Shown here: positions 31,508-41,804 of the stretch, piece by piece
Layout: each line of letters opens with the position of its first letter
How positions within the stretch are numbered: the stretch's first letter is position 1
Assembly (NCBI GenBank): GCA_963707025.1
Contig: CAVPOM010000018.1
Coordinates: 96,001 to 160,000, forward strand
Reading direction: 5' to 3'
Source of the DNA: an uncultured Verrucomicrobiae bacterium
GTDB lineage: Bacteria > Verrucomicrobiota > Verrucomicrobiia > Limisphaerales > Palsa-1400
Length of the DNA stretch: 64,000 bases
Translations under genes and position numbers: made by a program
The notes under the pieces: generated by a model
What the model saw: the letters and a program-made list of their open reading frames with translations, nothing else
Databases searched by the model: none
Told to the model about the DNA's origin: nothing

Positions 31508-32868
31508 GAGCGTATCGCACCTTTAAAACCGCCATGCGGGCTTTGCGCCGGAACGTGATGCGGGCAGCCCTGACGACGCTGGGGATCGTCATCGGGGTGG
31601 CCGCGGTCATCGCCATGATGGAGATCGGCAACGGGTCCTCGCTGGCCATTCAACATACCATCGCCACGATGGGCGCATACAATCTGATGGTGTTTCCCGG
31701 CAACTCCCTGCTGGCCGGCATCAGCACGGGGACCGGCGGCAGCATGCGGCTCTCGCCCGGGGACGCGGACGCGATCTTGATGGATTGTCCGTCGGTGGCG
31801 GCGGCGGCGCCGGTCGTCTACGCGCGGGCGCAGGCGGTGTATAATAACCTGAACTGGCAGCCCGGCAGCCTGTGTGGAACCACTCCGTCTTTTTTGGACG
31901 TGCGGGATTGGAGCGACATGGCGGAGGGGAATCCCTTCACCGACCGGGACGTGCGCAACGCCAGCAAGGTCTGCGTGATTGGCAAGACGATTGAGAAACA
32001 ACTTTTCCAGGATGAACCGCCCGTCGGCAAGGAAATCCGCCTCATGAACGTCAACTTCAAAGTGGTCGGCGTGCTCAAGGCCAAGGGCGCCAACATGATG
32101 GGTTCGGACCAGGACGACATCATCCTGGCGCCCTGGACGACGATCAAATACCGCGTGTCGTCGGTTGGGTCCACGGCGGCGGCGGCCACGGCGACCTCGA
32201 CGACCACGACCGTCCTGCCCAGCCAGGTTTATCCTCCCGCGCCGGAGTCCTTGTATTCAGTGCCGACGTCGGTGCAACAGGCCGACACGCCCCAGCCGGT
32301 GCGGTTTGCCAATGTCAATCAAATCGTGGTGGCGGCCCGATCCGGCGGCGAAGTGGCGTCGGCGATTGACGAAGTCACCGCCCTGCTGCGGGAACGCCAT
32401 CACATCCGGCCCGACATGCCGGAAGATTTCACCATTCGCGACATGACGGAAATGGCCCGGACGATGAGTTCTACGACGCAGTTGATGACGACCCTGCTGC
32501 TGATCGTGGCGGCGATTTCGCTGGTGGTGGGCGGGGTGGGCATCATGAACATCATGCTGGTCTCGGTGACGGAGAGAACGCGAGAAATCGGGCTGCGCAT
32601 GGCGGTGGGCGCGCAGTCCAGCGATATTCTGCATCAATTCCTGACAGAGGCCATCGTGCTGTGCCTGATCGGGGGTGCCGTCGGGATTGGGGTGGGACGC
32701 GCGACTTCCATCCTGGTGCGGATGATCAAACACTGGCCGACCGCGGTCTCGGTGGGGGCGATCATCGTGGCGGTGGCCGTTTCGGCGCTGGTGGGAGTGC
32801 TGTTTGGATTTTATCCGGCGTGGAAGGCGTCGCGTTTGGATCCGATTGACGCGCTGCGTTACGAATAA
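31504..32868 (+). CDS. ABC transporter permease (MacB/FtsX-like)
   Basis: LGIVIGVAAVI, GGVGIMNIMLVSVTERTREIG, LDPIDALRYE. Confidence 0.95.
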   Translation: MRAYRTFKTAMRALRRNVMRAALTTLGIVIGVAAVIAMMEIGNGSSLAIQHTIATMGAYNLMVFPGNSLLAGISTGTGGSMRLSPGDADAILMDCPSVAAAAPVVYARAQAVYNNLNWQPGSLCGTTPSFLDVRDWSDMAEGNPFTDRDVRNASKVCVIGKTIEKQLFQDEPPVGKEIRLMNVNFKVVGVLKAKGANMMGSDQDDIILAPWTTIKYRVSSVGSTAAAATATSTTTTVLPSQVYPPAPESLYSVPTSVQQADTPQPVRFANVNQIVVAARSGGEVASAIDEVTALLRERHHIRPDMPEDFTIRDMTEMARTMSSTTQLMTTLLLIVAAISLVVGGVGIMNIMLVSVTERTREIGLRMAVGAQSSDILHQFLTEAIVLCLIGGAVGIGVGRATSILVRMIKHWPTAVSVGAIIVAVAVSALVGVLFGFYPAWKASRLDPIDALRYE

Positions 32869-34332
32869 ATGAGCGGGATGATCTGTCATCGAAGTGCCAT
32901 GAACAAAACGTTTTCAACGGCGCGCGCGGCCCTGGCCGTTTCTCTGGCCGTGCTGGCCCTAAGCAGCGGCTGCATGGTCGGCCCTGATTATCAGCCGCCG
33001 AAAACCGCGGCGCCGCCGGCCTGGTCCGGCCCGACCAACACCACCACCAACGCCGGCACGCGACTGTCGGCCAGCACGGTGGACACGGCCCGTTGGTGGA
33101 GCAAATTCCAGGACCCCAAGCTGACCGAGTTGGTCAACGCGGCGCTGCGAACCAACCTGGACGTGCAACTGGCCGAGGCGCTGCTGCGCCAGGCCCGCGC
33201 CGCGCGCGGGAGGGACGCGGGCGGACTGTGGCCGTCCGTAACGGCTTCGGGATCGGCCACCCGCACCGGCACGGTCAACGGGGCGAAGGTCGCGAACCCC
33301 AATGCGATCCGGGCGGGCGTGGGGGCGGCGTGGAATTTGGATTTTTTTGGCGCGACCCGGCGGCAGCTTGAGTCCGACGACGCCGCCATCCAGGCGGCCT
33401 GCGAAAATGTTTATGGGGCGCAGGTGACGCTGGTCTCGGAGGTGGCGCTGGACTACATCCAAGTGCGCAGCGCGCAGGAACAAATCGCCATTGCGCGGAC
33501 CAATCTTGCGACGGAGGTGCATACGGCGGAGGTGACCCGCCAGAAAGGGGTGGCCGGGTTCGTCAGCGCCCTGGACGAGGCCAATGCCGACGCGCAAGTG
33601 GCCACGACGGCGGCGACCATTCCGGTGCTGGAAACCAGCATTCAGCAGAATATTTTTGCCTTGAGCATCTTGCTCAACCGTCCGCCCGCCGATTTGTTGG
33701 AGGATTTGTCCAAACCCGGCGCCGTGCCGCTGACCCCGCCGGGGGTGCCGGTGGGATTGCCCTCGGACCTGTTGCGACGGCGGCCGGACATCCGCGCGGC
33801 GGAAGCCAGTTTGCATCAGGCGGCGGCCCTCATCGGCGTGGCGGTGGCGGACTTTTATCCGCAATTCTCCTTGACAGGGAATCTCAATTACCAGAGCAGC
33901 CTGGCGCGGGATTTGTTCGCGGGCGGCAACGGCATCTATTCCGGCGGCCCCTCGGTGAGCTGGCCGGTATTTTCGGGCGGCAGCACCATTTCCAACCTGC
34001 GGTATCAGCAGGCGGCGACGGACGCGGCCTATATCAAGTATCAGCAGACGGTGCTGGCGGCCTTGTCGGACGTGGAGAGCTATCTGGTGGCGTTTGCCAA
34101 GGAGTGGGACCATCGCAAGGCGTTGAGCGACGCCGTGGTCCACAATCGCCGCGCGCTCTACTTCTCGCAGCAGCTTTACCGGGCCGGCACCGAGGAGTTT
34201 CTGGTGCTGCTCGACGCCGAGCGTTCGCTCCTGGCTTCCGAGACCGCCCTGGCGCAGAGCAACCAGGCCATCGCGTCGGACCTGGTGAACATCTACCGGG
34301 CGCTGGGCGGCGGGTGGGAGGAGCTGAACTGA
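32869..34332 (+). CDS. NodT/TolC-family outer-membrane efflux lipoprotein
   Basis: Lipobox SSGC-MVGPDY; LPSDLLRRRPDIRAAE; YRALGGGW. Confidence 0.93.
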   Translation: MSGMICHRSAMNKTFSTARAALAVSLAVLALSSGCMVGPDYQPPKTAAPPAWSGPTNTTTNAGTRLSASTVDTARWWSKFQDPKLTELVNAALRTNLDVQLAEALLRQARAARGRDAGGLWPSVTASGSATRTGTVNGAKVANPNAIRAGVGAAWNLDFFGATRRQLESDDAAIQAACENVYGAQVTLVSEVALDYIQVRSAQEQIAIARTNLATEVHTAEVTRQKGVAGFVSALDEANADAQVATTAATIPVLETSIQQNIFALSILLNRPPADLLEDLSKPGAVPLTPPGVPVGLPSDLLRRRPDIRAAEASLHQAAALIGVAVADFYPQFSLTGNLNYQSSLARDLFAGGNGIYSGGPSVSWPVFSGGSTISNLRYQQAATDAAYIKYQQTVLAALSDVESYLVAFAKEWDHRKALSDAVVHNRRALYFSQQLYRAGTEEFLVLLDAERSLLASETALAQSNQAIASDLVNIYRALGGGWEELN

Positions 34333-34337
34333 GAGGG

Positions 34338-36491
34338 TTATTTCTCCCATTCCATCTCAAGCTGGGCGAAGAGGAAGGCGTAAACGTCGGCTTCCTCGGC
34401 GATGCGCTCGTCCAGGGAACTGCCGATGCCGTGGCCGGCGGCGGAGGCGGTGCGCAGCCAAACGGGCGAGGGAAAGGGATCGCGGCTGGCGGCCTGGAGA
34501 CGGGCGGCGAATTTGCGCGAGTTGTAAGGATTGACCCGGCCGTCGTTGTCACCTGTCAATAATAATAAACCGGGGTAGCGCACCCCGTTCACCACATGCT
34601 GGTAGGGCGAGTAGGCGTAAAGGGCCTGGAATTGCGCCGGGTCCTGGACGGAGCCGAATTCGGTGACGTTGAAGGCGCCGTTGGGCTCCAGTTCGGCGCG
34701 CAGCGAATCGTAGATGCCGACATGGGAGACGACGGCGCGGGCCAGCTTTGGGTTCTGGGTGAGGAACGCCCCCATGAGCAGGCCGCCGTTGCTGGCCCCC
34801 TCGGCAGCCAGCTTGGAGGGCTGGGTGTACTTCTTGTCAATGAGCCATTGGGCGCAGGCGGCGAAATCGTCGAAGACATTTTGTTTGTTGGTCAGGCTGC
34901 CGGCTTTGTGCCATTCCCCGCCAAACTCGCCCCCGCCGCGGAGGTTGGCCACGACGTAAACGCCGCCGTGCTCCAACCAGAGGCTGCGGGCGGCGGAGAA
35001 GTCGGGGGTCAGGGAGATGCCGAAGCCGCCGTAGCCGTAGAGGAGGGTGGGATTATTGCCGTCCAGTTTGGTTTTTTTGCGGCGCATGATGTTCATGGGG
35101 ATTCGGGCGCCGTCCCTGGAGGTGGCGAATTCGCGCAGGACTTCGACGTTGCTGAAGTCGGCGGGCGATTTTCCGACGAGCGCGGTGCGGCGGATTTTTT
35201 TGGTGGCGGCGTCGAATTCACTCCACGCGTAAGGCTCGGTGTAACTGACGGTGTCAAACAGCAGCTCGTCGCCTTGGGGAGAGAGCATTTCCAAGACGGC
35301 GGAAATGGGGTCCTTCAGGGGAATGCGCCGGACGCCCTCGCCGCCGATGTAGCGAATTTGGGACGGGCCGCCCATCAGGTCCTGCACGTAGAGGCCGCTG
35401 ACGGTGGGGCAGAAATTCTCAATGACAGCCTCGCTCAAGGGGACGACGACCGGGAGCGGTGTGCGGCGGTCAGAGACCGCCGTTACAGGGTCGGTCAGGG
35501 AAAGGCGCAGGATTTTGCCGTGCGGGGCGTCTTTGGTGGAAAGCAAGTAGAGGCAGTCATCCTTGCCGAATTCGCCCTGCTTGATTTGATCGCTAAAGGA
35601 GGCCAGTTGTTTCCACTGGCCGTCGGGATCGCGCAAGTAAAGGGCGAATTCGCCGCCGTCGCCGTTGGCCACGGTGGCCAGGAGGTAACGGCCATCTTCC
35701 CGGGATTTGAGGGCGATTTCGGCGATGCGGGGCAGGCCTTGGCCCAACTCGAGGCGGTCCTGGCTGAGCGGCGTGCCCAGGCGGTGGAACCAAACCTGCT
35801 GGTAGAAATCCAAATCGGCCTCCGGCCGTTCGCCGGGGGCGGGGTAGCGGGTGTAATAGACGCCCGAGCCGTCGGCGTTCCAGGCGGCGCTGCCGCCGGC
35901 GGTGGCGCCATTGACGCGCGGGATTTTGTCGGCAAGCGGCTGGCCGGTGGCGGTGTCGTGGAAGAAAAGGGTTCCGTCCTCGGAGCCGTTGTCAGAGAGG
36001 GAAACGGCGACGCGTTTGCCGTCCAGGGAAGGCACGGCGAAGTCAATGGTGGTGGTCCCTTTGGGATTGAGCCGGTTGGGGTCGAGCACGACGCGTTCGG
36101 AGGAGGGATCGTTGGGGGACTTGAGGGTGATGAGCCAGGGCTGCTGGGCCGGGGGCTGGAATTTCAGGGCGAAGAGGAGCCCGGGGCGGGACTGGAGACC
36201 GAAGTAGCCGGGGGCGGTTTGGGAGTAAATTTTTTCCAGGCGTTTGACAATGTTGGAGCGGGCGGGGAGATTGTCCAGGCAAGCGCGCGCGAAGGCGTTT
36301 TGGGCGGCGCTCCACTGTTTGACTTCCGGATCGTTGAAGTTTTCCAGCCAGCGGTAATTATCAATGACGGTAACCCCGTGGTAAACGTTGGTGACGGGGC
36401 GCAACGGTGTGTCCGGCAGGCCGCCGGCGAAACCGGGATTTGCGGCGGCGAGCCAGGCGGCCAGGGCCAGGTTGAGGAGCGACGTTTTCAC
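34338..36491 (-). CDS. Prolyl oligopeptidase (S9A)
   Basis: DNYRWLE, YGYGGF, GASNGGLL, DGRV, GHG. Confidence 0.94.
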   Translation of the reverse strand: MKTSLLNLALAAWLAAANPGFAGGLPDTPLRPVTNVYHGVTVIDNYRWLENFNDPEVKQWSAAQNAFARACLDNLPARSNIVKRLEKIYSQTAPGYFGLQSRPGLLFALKFQPPAQQPWLITLKSPNDPSSERVVLDPNRLNPKGTTTIDFAVPSLDGKRVAVSLSDNGSEDGTLFFHDTATGQPLADKIPRVNGATAGGSAAWNADGSGVYYTRYPAPGERPEADLDFYQQVWFHRLGTPLSQDRLELGQGLPRIAEIALKSREDGRYLLATVANGDGGEFALYLRDPDGQWKQLASFSDQIKQGEFGKDDCLYLLSTKDAPHGKILRLSLTDPVTAVSDRRTPLPVVVPLSEAVIENFCPTVSGLYVQDLMGGPSQIRYIGGEGVRRIPLKDPISAVLEMLSPQGDELLFDTVSYTEPYAWSEFDAATKKIRRTALVGKSPADFSNVEVLREFATSRDGARIPMNIMRRKKTKLDGNNPTLLYGYGGFGISLTPDFSAARSLWLEHGGVYVVANLRGGGEFGGEWHKAGSLTNKQNVFDDFAACAQWLIDKKYTQPSKLAAEGASNGGLLMGAFLTQNPKLARAVVSHVGIYDSLRAELEPNGAFNVTEFGSVQDPAQFQALYAYSPYQHVVNGVRYPGLLLLTGDNDGRVNPYNSRKFAARLQAASRDPFPSPVWLRTASAAGHGIGSSLDERIAEEADVYAFLFAQLEMEWEK

Positions 36492-36540
36492 GGGAGGGAG
36501 ATTAATCGGAAACGGAAGTATAAAGATAACGCACAGCCCG

Positions 36541-36816
36541 TTAAAAGCACGACAAATATCGTTTCGTGTTACTGACCGCTACATCCCGACATTTTTTCCT
36601 GGCATAAGCCCGGAATTGAATGAGATTGATGGATTTGAAGTCGGGATGAACTGAAACCTTCTCAGCATGAAGTCTCTCGATTAAGGTATTAAATGCCTCC
36701 TTCGCTTCCTTGCATTGGGTTGCAAGGGGGTCGGAAGCCCCTTCAAATTGCACAAATAAGGCAACAAGCTGATCTATGTCACTTCCGCAAATAACCCCGC
36801 TGGAATCACCTGGCAT
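36541..36816 (-). CDS. Hypothetical protein (low GC)
   Basis: ORF overlapping the upstream gene; start uncertain. Confidence 0.5.
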   Translation of the reverse strand: MPGDSSGVICGSDIDQLVALFVQFEGASDPLATQCKEAKEAFNTLIERLHAEKVSVHPDFKSINLIQFRAYARKKCRDVAVSNTKRYLSCF

Positions 36817-37181
36817 TCAGAATCCTGTAGGTTTTGATAATAACGGTCTTGGGCTTCCGATTTGTAATCAAGGGCCAGATCGAAAAGATCACCAGTCCCG
36901 CATGCTGGATGATTTACTCGTAATTCTCGTAATGCTTTCAGGGCAGTATCACAAAAATCGGCCATCTTCTTCCAGATTTTGGCGGCCTCTTTTGGGTCTG
37001 CCTGCTGAATCGCAGTATAAGCACTTAACTGATAAGTGTGCATTATTGCTGACTTCACATTTACAACGTGCTGGAAAATCTTGTCACAATCCGCAATGGG
37101 GTCGAGCGTGGCGGCGGCCCTTTTTAATTCAGCAATCTGGCACCCATTCACGGCGTCTAAATTGTCGGTGAGTGCAATCAT
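36774..37181 (-). CDS. Hypothetical helical protein (low GC)
   Basis: 135-codon ORF in an AT-richer patch with protein-like composition. Confidence 0.65.
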   Translation of the reverse strand: MIALTDNLDAVNGCQIAELKRAAATLDPIADCDKIFQHVVNVKSAIMHTYQLSAYTAIQQADPKEAAKIWKKMADFCDTALKALRELRVNHPACGTGDLFDLALDYKSEAQDRYYQNLQDSECQVIPAGLFAEVT

Positions 37182-37434
37182 AGTTCATTTTTCATGGCAC
37201 AGCTTAAGGCAAATCTGCATGGCAGTCAACCCCTTTCCACGCCATGAACGACCTCGCGTGCCAGGCACAGAAGGAAAAGGAGGCGCTGGAAGCCGCCAAG
37301 GCCGCTCAGGAGGCGGTTGACGGGCAAATCGAGGATCAAGCCGTCGAGAAGATAATCGAGAGCCTCGAAGGGGCCAACGATAGGGAGCAACTCATCGAAG
37401 ACCTGACCGATCTGATGAACGGCGGTAAGTTGGA

Positions 37435-37510
37435 TGTAACACAATGTAACGGGGTGTAACGGGGGCGGTTTTCGTAAACCCTTGATAATCAACAACTGTA
37501 ACGGTGTAAC
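37435..37510 (+). repeat. Five TGTAAC direct repeats around a CGTAAACCCTTGATAATCAAC core
   Basis: Copies at 37435, 37445, 37455, 37497 and 37505. Confidence 0.8.
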
Positions 37511-37612
37511 GGGTGTGGCGCATCTCACCCTGCCTGCATTTTGGTCTAACACACAAGAGGACATTGGGGTGCGTTGAACCAAACCAGTCCCAAGCCTTTC
37601 CCGGCCAACGCT

Positions 37613-38686
37613 TCACTGACGCATCGGCGGCGGGGCATTGGTGGCGGCGGCGGCTTTGGCAGGCGGGCGGGCGGGCGGTTGGAACGAGGCGGTGGAGATA
37701 ATGGGCGGGCTCATGCCCGGGGGCAGCGGCGGGGGCAGGATCATGCCTGGAGGCATGGGAGGATATTGCACGGGGCGAAAGCCGGGCGGCGGGGGCGGCA
37801 GGATGGGGAATCGTTGCACCAGGGCGCGCCAAAGGCTGCGCTCCTTGGGGGTCAGGGTCTCCCAACGGGCGGCATTTTTAAGGAATTCATCGCGTTGGGC
37901 GGTGTCCATGCCGGCGAATTTTTCGAAGGACTGGATGCAGATTTTGCGCTGGGCTTCGGGCAGGCCGGCAAAGGTTTTCAGGGCTGTTTCCATGGTGTGG
38001 CGCTCGGCCTCGCTGAAGGCGGTGAGGGTTTTTTGCTGGCGGGACTGGTCCTCCTCGCAGAATTGGCCGAATTGAGCGCTGCGTTGCAGGCGCTCGGGTT
38101 CGGGGACCGAATCCCATTGGGCCAGGGCCAGGGTGAGGGCCTGGTGGCGGTCGGGGGAAAGTTGGGCGAGCATCGCCTTTTTCCCGGCCGGGGAATTGGT
38201 CAGCCAGCGGGCATAGTCTTCCAGAAGGGGGCGGTCTTCCAAAGTGAGGTCCTTGATGAAGGCGGGGCGCTCGGCGGGGGCCAGGCCGAGCAGGCGGGAC
38301 AGTTCCCAGCGCAATTGGGTCTGGCGCAAGCGGGCTTCGCGGATGTCGGCCGGGAGGGCCTGGTATTCCTCGACTTTGGCGAGGAGGATTTTTTTGGAGT
38401 CGGCGGGTTTGTCGGCCAGGGCGCGTTCGCGCTGGGCCGCGGTCATGCCCAGAATGCCGCGGAAGTAAAGGACGGGGGAGGTTTGATGGAGGGTGACGCC
38501 GGGGGCGACAGCTTTGTATTCAATGGGAGGAGGAAAGGGAGGAAGATTAGGATTAGGATTAGGATTAAGATTGGAATTAAGACCGGGATGAGGAGGGGCG
38601 GGGGGGGATTGGGCGCGGAGGCCAATCGCGGCTGCCACGGCAAAAGTGACCAGGACAAGGCGGCGCAAATGGATGAGCAAGTTCAT
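37613..38686 (-). CDS. DUF3106-like exported helical-repeat protein
   Basis: Signal peptide; repeats of the W/F..L.P.ER type; Pro-rich ends; last gene of an ECF operon. Confidence 0.75.
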   Translation of the reverse strand: MNLLIHLRRLVLVTFAVAAAIGLRAQSPPAPPHPGLNSNLNPNPNPNLPPFPPPIEYKAVAPGVTLHQTSPVLYFRGILGMTAAQRERALADKPADSKKILLAKVEEYQALPADIREARLRQTQLRWELSRLLGLAPAERPAFIKDLTLEDRPLLEDYARWLTNSPAGKKAMLAQLSPDRHQALTLALAQWDSVPEPERLQRSAQFGQFCEEDQSRQQKTLTAFSEAERHTMETALKTFAGLPEAQRKICIQSFEKFAGMDTAQRDEFLKNAARWETLTPKERSLWRALVQRFPILPPPPPGFRPVQYPPMPPGMILPPPLPPGMSPPIISTASFQPPARPPAKAAAATNAPPPMRQ

Positions 38687-39211
38687 TTATTGCAGGATTT
38701 GCAGGAGGGCGTCATCGGCGACTTGAACGCGGCTGAGATTTTCGATGGTGTGGAAGTTTTGCAGCCAGTCCACCGGCTGAAGGGTGGCCAGGGCGCCGAC
38801 GCTGGCCAGGTCGCGGGCCATTTTTTGGCGTTGGACGGTTTGGTATTCGAGGACGGTGGCGAGGCTCAGGCAAACCATGGTCAGACCGACGGCCAGACGC
38901 GGCATCCAGCCGGCCGGGAGCCAGGAGGCGGGGTCGAGCCGGTAGCGCCAGGCGGAGGGGGCGGGAGCGCGCTGGACGGCTTTGAGGACCAGAGCGGTAA
39001 AGTTGGAGGAGACGGGCGCGGGCGGCAGGCGGTCCAAGGCGCGGGTGAGGGCGGCCTCCAATTCCCACTGGCTGCGGGCTGCGGGATGGGCGGCGAGGTA
39101 TTGGCGCAGACGGGCCTGTTCGTCCGGCGTGAGGCCGCGACGCCAGGCCAGTTCGGTCAGTTCCTGCGAAACAGGGCTGGGCATGTCATCATTCACACTA
39201 TTCATAAACAC
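38687..39211 (-). CDS. Putative membrane anti-sigma factor
   Basis: YLAAHP..R..WELE..L...L..LPPAPVSSNFT plus one TM; overlaps the ECF gene. Confidence 0.72.
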   Translation of the reverse strand: MFMNSVNDDMPSPVSQELTELAWRRGLTPDEQARLRQYLAAHPAARSQWELEAALTRALDRLPPAPVSSNFTALVLKAVQRAPAPSAWRYRLDPASWLPAGWMPRLAVGLTMVCLSLATVLEYQTVQRQKMARDLASVGALATLQPVDWLQNFHTIENLSRVQVADDALLQILQ

Positions 39212-39864
39212 CGTTTGAGCGGCATGGTTTCGGTTTGTTTAAGAGGCGTGGTTTGGGCCGGATCCTCCTCCCAGGCGCCGGTTTGGAGATAAGGTTTGAG
39301 CCGGAGTTTCAAGGTTTCGCGGGCGCGATGGATGAGGGACTTGGTGGCGGAAAGGGAGAGGCCAATAACGCGGGCGATTTGCTCGTAGGAAAGCTCATCC
39401 TGGCGGCAAAGCAGGACGGCCAGGCGCTGTTTTTCGGGCAGTTGATCCAGGGCTTGCTGGATTTTGGCTTCGAGTTCGTTATGCAAAATGGCTTGCGGCG
39501 GGGTGAAGGTGCGCTGGTCTTCAAATTGGCGCGTGGCCGGTTCGTCGGTGTCCGGCAGGCTGGACTCGATGGACTGGGCGGGATGGCGGGAGCGGCGGCG
39601 GATTTCGTTGAGGCAGACATGGCGGGCGATGGTGAAAATCCAGGTGGAGAATTTGGCGGAAACCTGGTAGCGGGAGGCCGATTGGTAAACCCGGACGAAG
39701 ACGGTCTGGGCCAGGTCTTCGGCTTCGGAAAGATCGTGCAGCATGCGGAACATGAGGCTGACGATGGGCTGTTTGTATTTTTCGACCAATTGCTCGAAGG
39801 CGCGCATGTCTCCCTCTTTGGCGAGGAGCATGAGCGCGGCATCCGGGTCGGGCGGCTTGGCCAT
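39202..39864 (-). CDS. ECF sigma-70 factor (SigW/RpoE-like)
   Basis: AEDLAQTVF, FSTWIFTIA, LSYEQIA..TKSLIHRARE. Confidence 0.93.
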   Translation of the reverse strand: MAKPPDPDAALMLLAKEGDMRAFEQLVEKYKQPIVSLMFRMLHDLSEAEDLAQTVFVRVYQSASRYQVSAKFSTWIFTIARHVCLNEIRRRSRHPAQSIESSLPDTDEPATRQFEDQRTFTPPQAILHNELEAKIQQALDQLPEKQRLAVLLCRQDELSYEQIARVIGLSLSATKSLIHRARETLKLRLKPYLQTGAWEEDPAQTTPLKQTETMPLKRCL

Positions 39865-40092
39865 GGGCGTCAGTTTAACGCAACACCGGGCGGGAGACAA
39901 GGATGCGGCTGGAATGTTGGAGAAATGCTAAATGATAAAGGAAAAATGATGAAGGGCAGATCTTTTTGACGCGGATGATAATGGTGACCTTTTGCCAGTC
40001 CGGGAAGTACTGAGAACGCAGGAGCAACTTTCAGTCAGGCGGTGACTCCCGGTGGCCCAGGTCGCGCGGCAGAAAACATCCCAAGTCACGGT

Positions 40093-40584
40093 TCAGATAT
40101 CCGAGAACAGGATAGGGCGAACGTGCCTTCGCAAACGCTCAAGTTCGCCAGCATTGTGACAAAGGAGACCATGCGCCCATGTCTCGTCGGTGTTGTCACG
40201 GCAGTCCCTTGCCATCGCCAAGCCGATGGTTTCGTATGTAGAACCGAGATTCTGTCGCAACTCTTCGGGTTCGCTCCGCGCGCCCAGAACGAATACTCTT
40301 TCCCTCAAGGGATCTGGAATCGCGGCCCGCACTTCATTCAGCCGACCTTCCCTGCCATCGAAGTCAATCAGAAGAACCATAAACCGATTGGCATTTCGAT
40401 CCATTTCCGGGACGTGGTAAGCCTGAAAGCGATCCAGAACCTCCCGCCAGCCACCCGCCTCCTCAAGTATTTGCATTCTCCGAGTGTCCAACCGCGGATC
40501 GAGTTGGAAGCCGTTGGCCAATTGCCGGTTGGCATCGTCCTCCGGAAGCACGAAGACATGCGGCAGATACTTGTTCACGCTCAT
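40093..40584 (-). CDS. Hypothetical TOPRIM-like partner of the AAA ATPase
   Basis: VFVLPEDD and VLLIDFD motifs; 4-bp overlap with the ATPase. Confidence 0.65.
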   Translation of the reverse strand: MSVNKYLPHVFVLPEDDANRQLANGFQLDPRLDTRRMQILEEAGGWREVLDRFQAYHVPEMDRNANRFMVLLIDFDGREGRLNEVRAAIPDPLRERVFVLGARSEPEELRQNLGSTYETIGLAMARDCRDNTDETWAHGLLCHNAGELERLRRHVRPILFSDI

Positions 40585-41690
40585 GGTTCGACATCCCCGC
40601 GAATGAGCGCGCTCACCAGTTCTCCATTTACGGTGATATCACTTAGAGGCCGGACATTGGTGGGCTCAAGGTGGTTCTTCCTGTAGAGAACAAAGGTGTT
40701 TTCCTCAGAAAACCGTCGAATCGCTTCTGGATTATGCGACGTTGTGATGAACTGGCCGCCGGATTGGAAGGCTTTGCGAAGAGCCGTTATAAAGTGCCCG
40801 ACCTCGGACAGACCGAGATGATTGTCTGGCTCATCCCAAAAACACACCAGCGGCACGTAAGCATCATTCGCCGCAAGCACCATCGCGCAAATCATAAAGC
40901 ATTTCTCGCCGTCCGACAGGTCTGCGAAAGAAATGGTCATGTTTCCCAGGTCGTTCGAGAATTGCACCTCAAGGCTTCGAGAATCTTTACCAATCACCGG
41001 ATTCTTTATGTCTTTGATGTCCGGCATGACTTGTTTGAGGTAGGCATCAATCTTTCCGTATGCGGCCGGCGCGTAGGCCAGCAGACCAGAAAACCACGCG
41101 CCGAAATCCGTGACCTGAGTGTTCGGTTGCAAAGTCTCCAACTCGGAGTTCCCTTTAATCAAGCTGGGTATCGGACGAAGAATGAGCGTACGAGCGAGCC
41201 ACTGCTTGAAAATGAACAGAGGATCCTTCGTAGTCCGTTCCTGAACTATCGGCAAGGCAGCCAAATGCCAGTCAATGAGGAATCTCGCTTCTTTTTCCTG
41301 GCTTGTTGTTGCAAGATGCACTTGGGCTAATTCTCGCGTGAAGACCGGTTTGCCGTCTGCCGCAAGACTCTCTTCAAATACCCTCAATTCCTTGAACCCC
41401 GGCGGGAATTCGAAGGCGATAGAGTATTTATAGATCTGACCGCCCAGCTTGACTTCAATCTCGAATCTCATAGGAACGTCAGCACGCCCGCGAGCGAGAT
41501 CCTTCGGTTTCACAACATCATCCACGCGGCTCGCTCCTCGAGCGATCTTCTGAAGGATTTCGAGCGCAAGCCCGACCGTGGTCTTGCCCGCGCCATTCTT
41601 TCCAATCAGCAGCACGGAAGAGCGATCCGCGATCGGCAGTTCGAAATTCTCCAAACACCGGAAGTTATGAACGTAAAATCAACGTATCAC
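40581..41690 (-). pseudogene. AAA_21/ABC-type ATPase with TGA at codon 4
   Basis: GTG ATA CGT TGA TTT TAC GTT CAT AAC TTC CGG (MIR*FYVHNFR); GKNGAGKTT, LSDGEK, WDEPDNHL, TSHNP. Confidence 0.8.
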
Positions 41691-41804
41691 GAAGTGATGA
41701 TACTGCGCGCTCCGGGCTGCGTTCAATCGAAATGTTGTGCTGTGGTTGAAGCCGGCCCATAAATACATGGGAGCAAATTTTGCGGGGTGCCGTCTGATGG
41801 ACTG

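Noticed and set aside
37435..37510. CRISPR array here or elsewhere in the window
   Set aside because: Repeats are only 6 bp; no 23-47-bp repeat-spacer periodicity and no cas genes seen
38544..38582. GGATTA microsatellite as a phase-variation tract
   Set aside because: In-frame 6-bp degenerate unit encoding an Asn-Pro linker; length change would not shift the frame
41679..41681. TGA as selenocysteine
   Set aside because: Non-catalytic, usually basic position in an ATPase first strand; no evident SECIS
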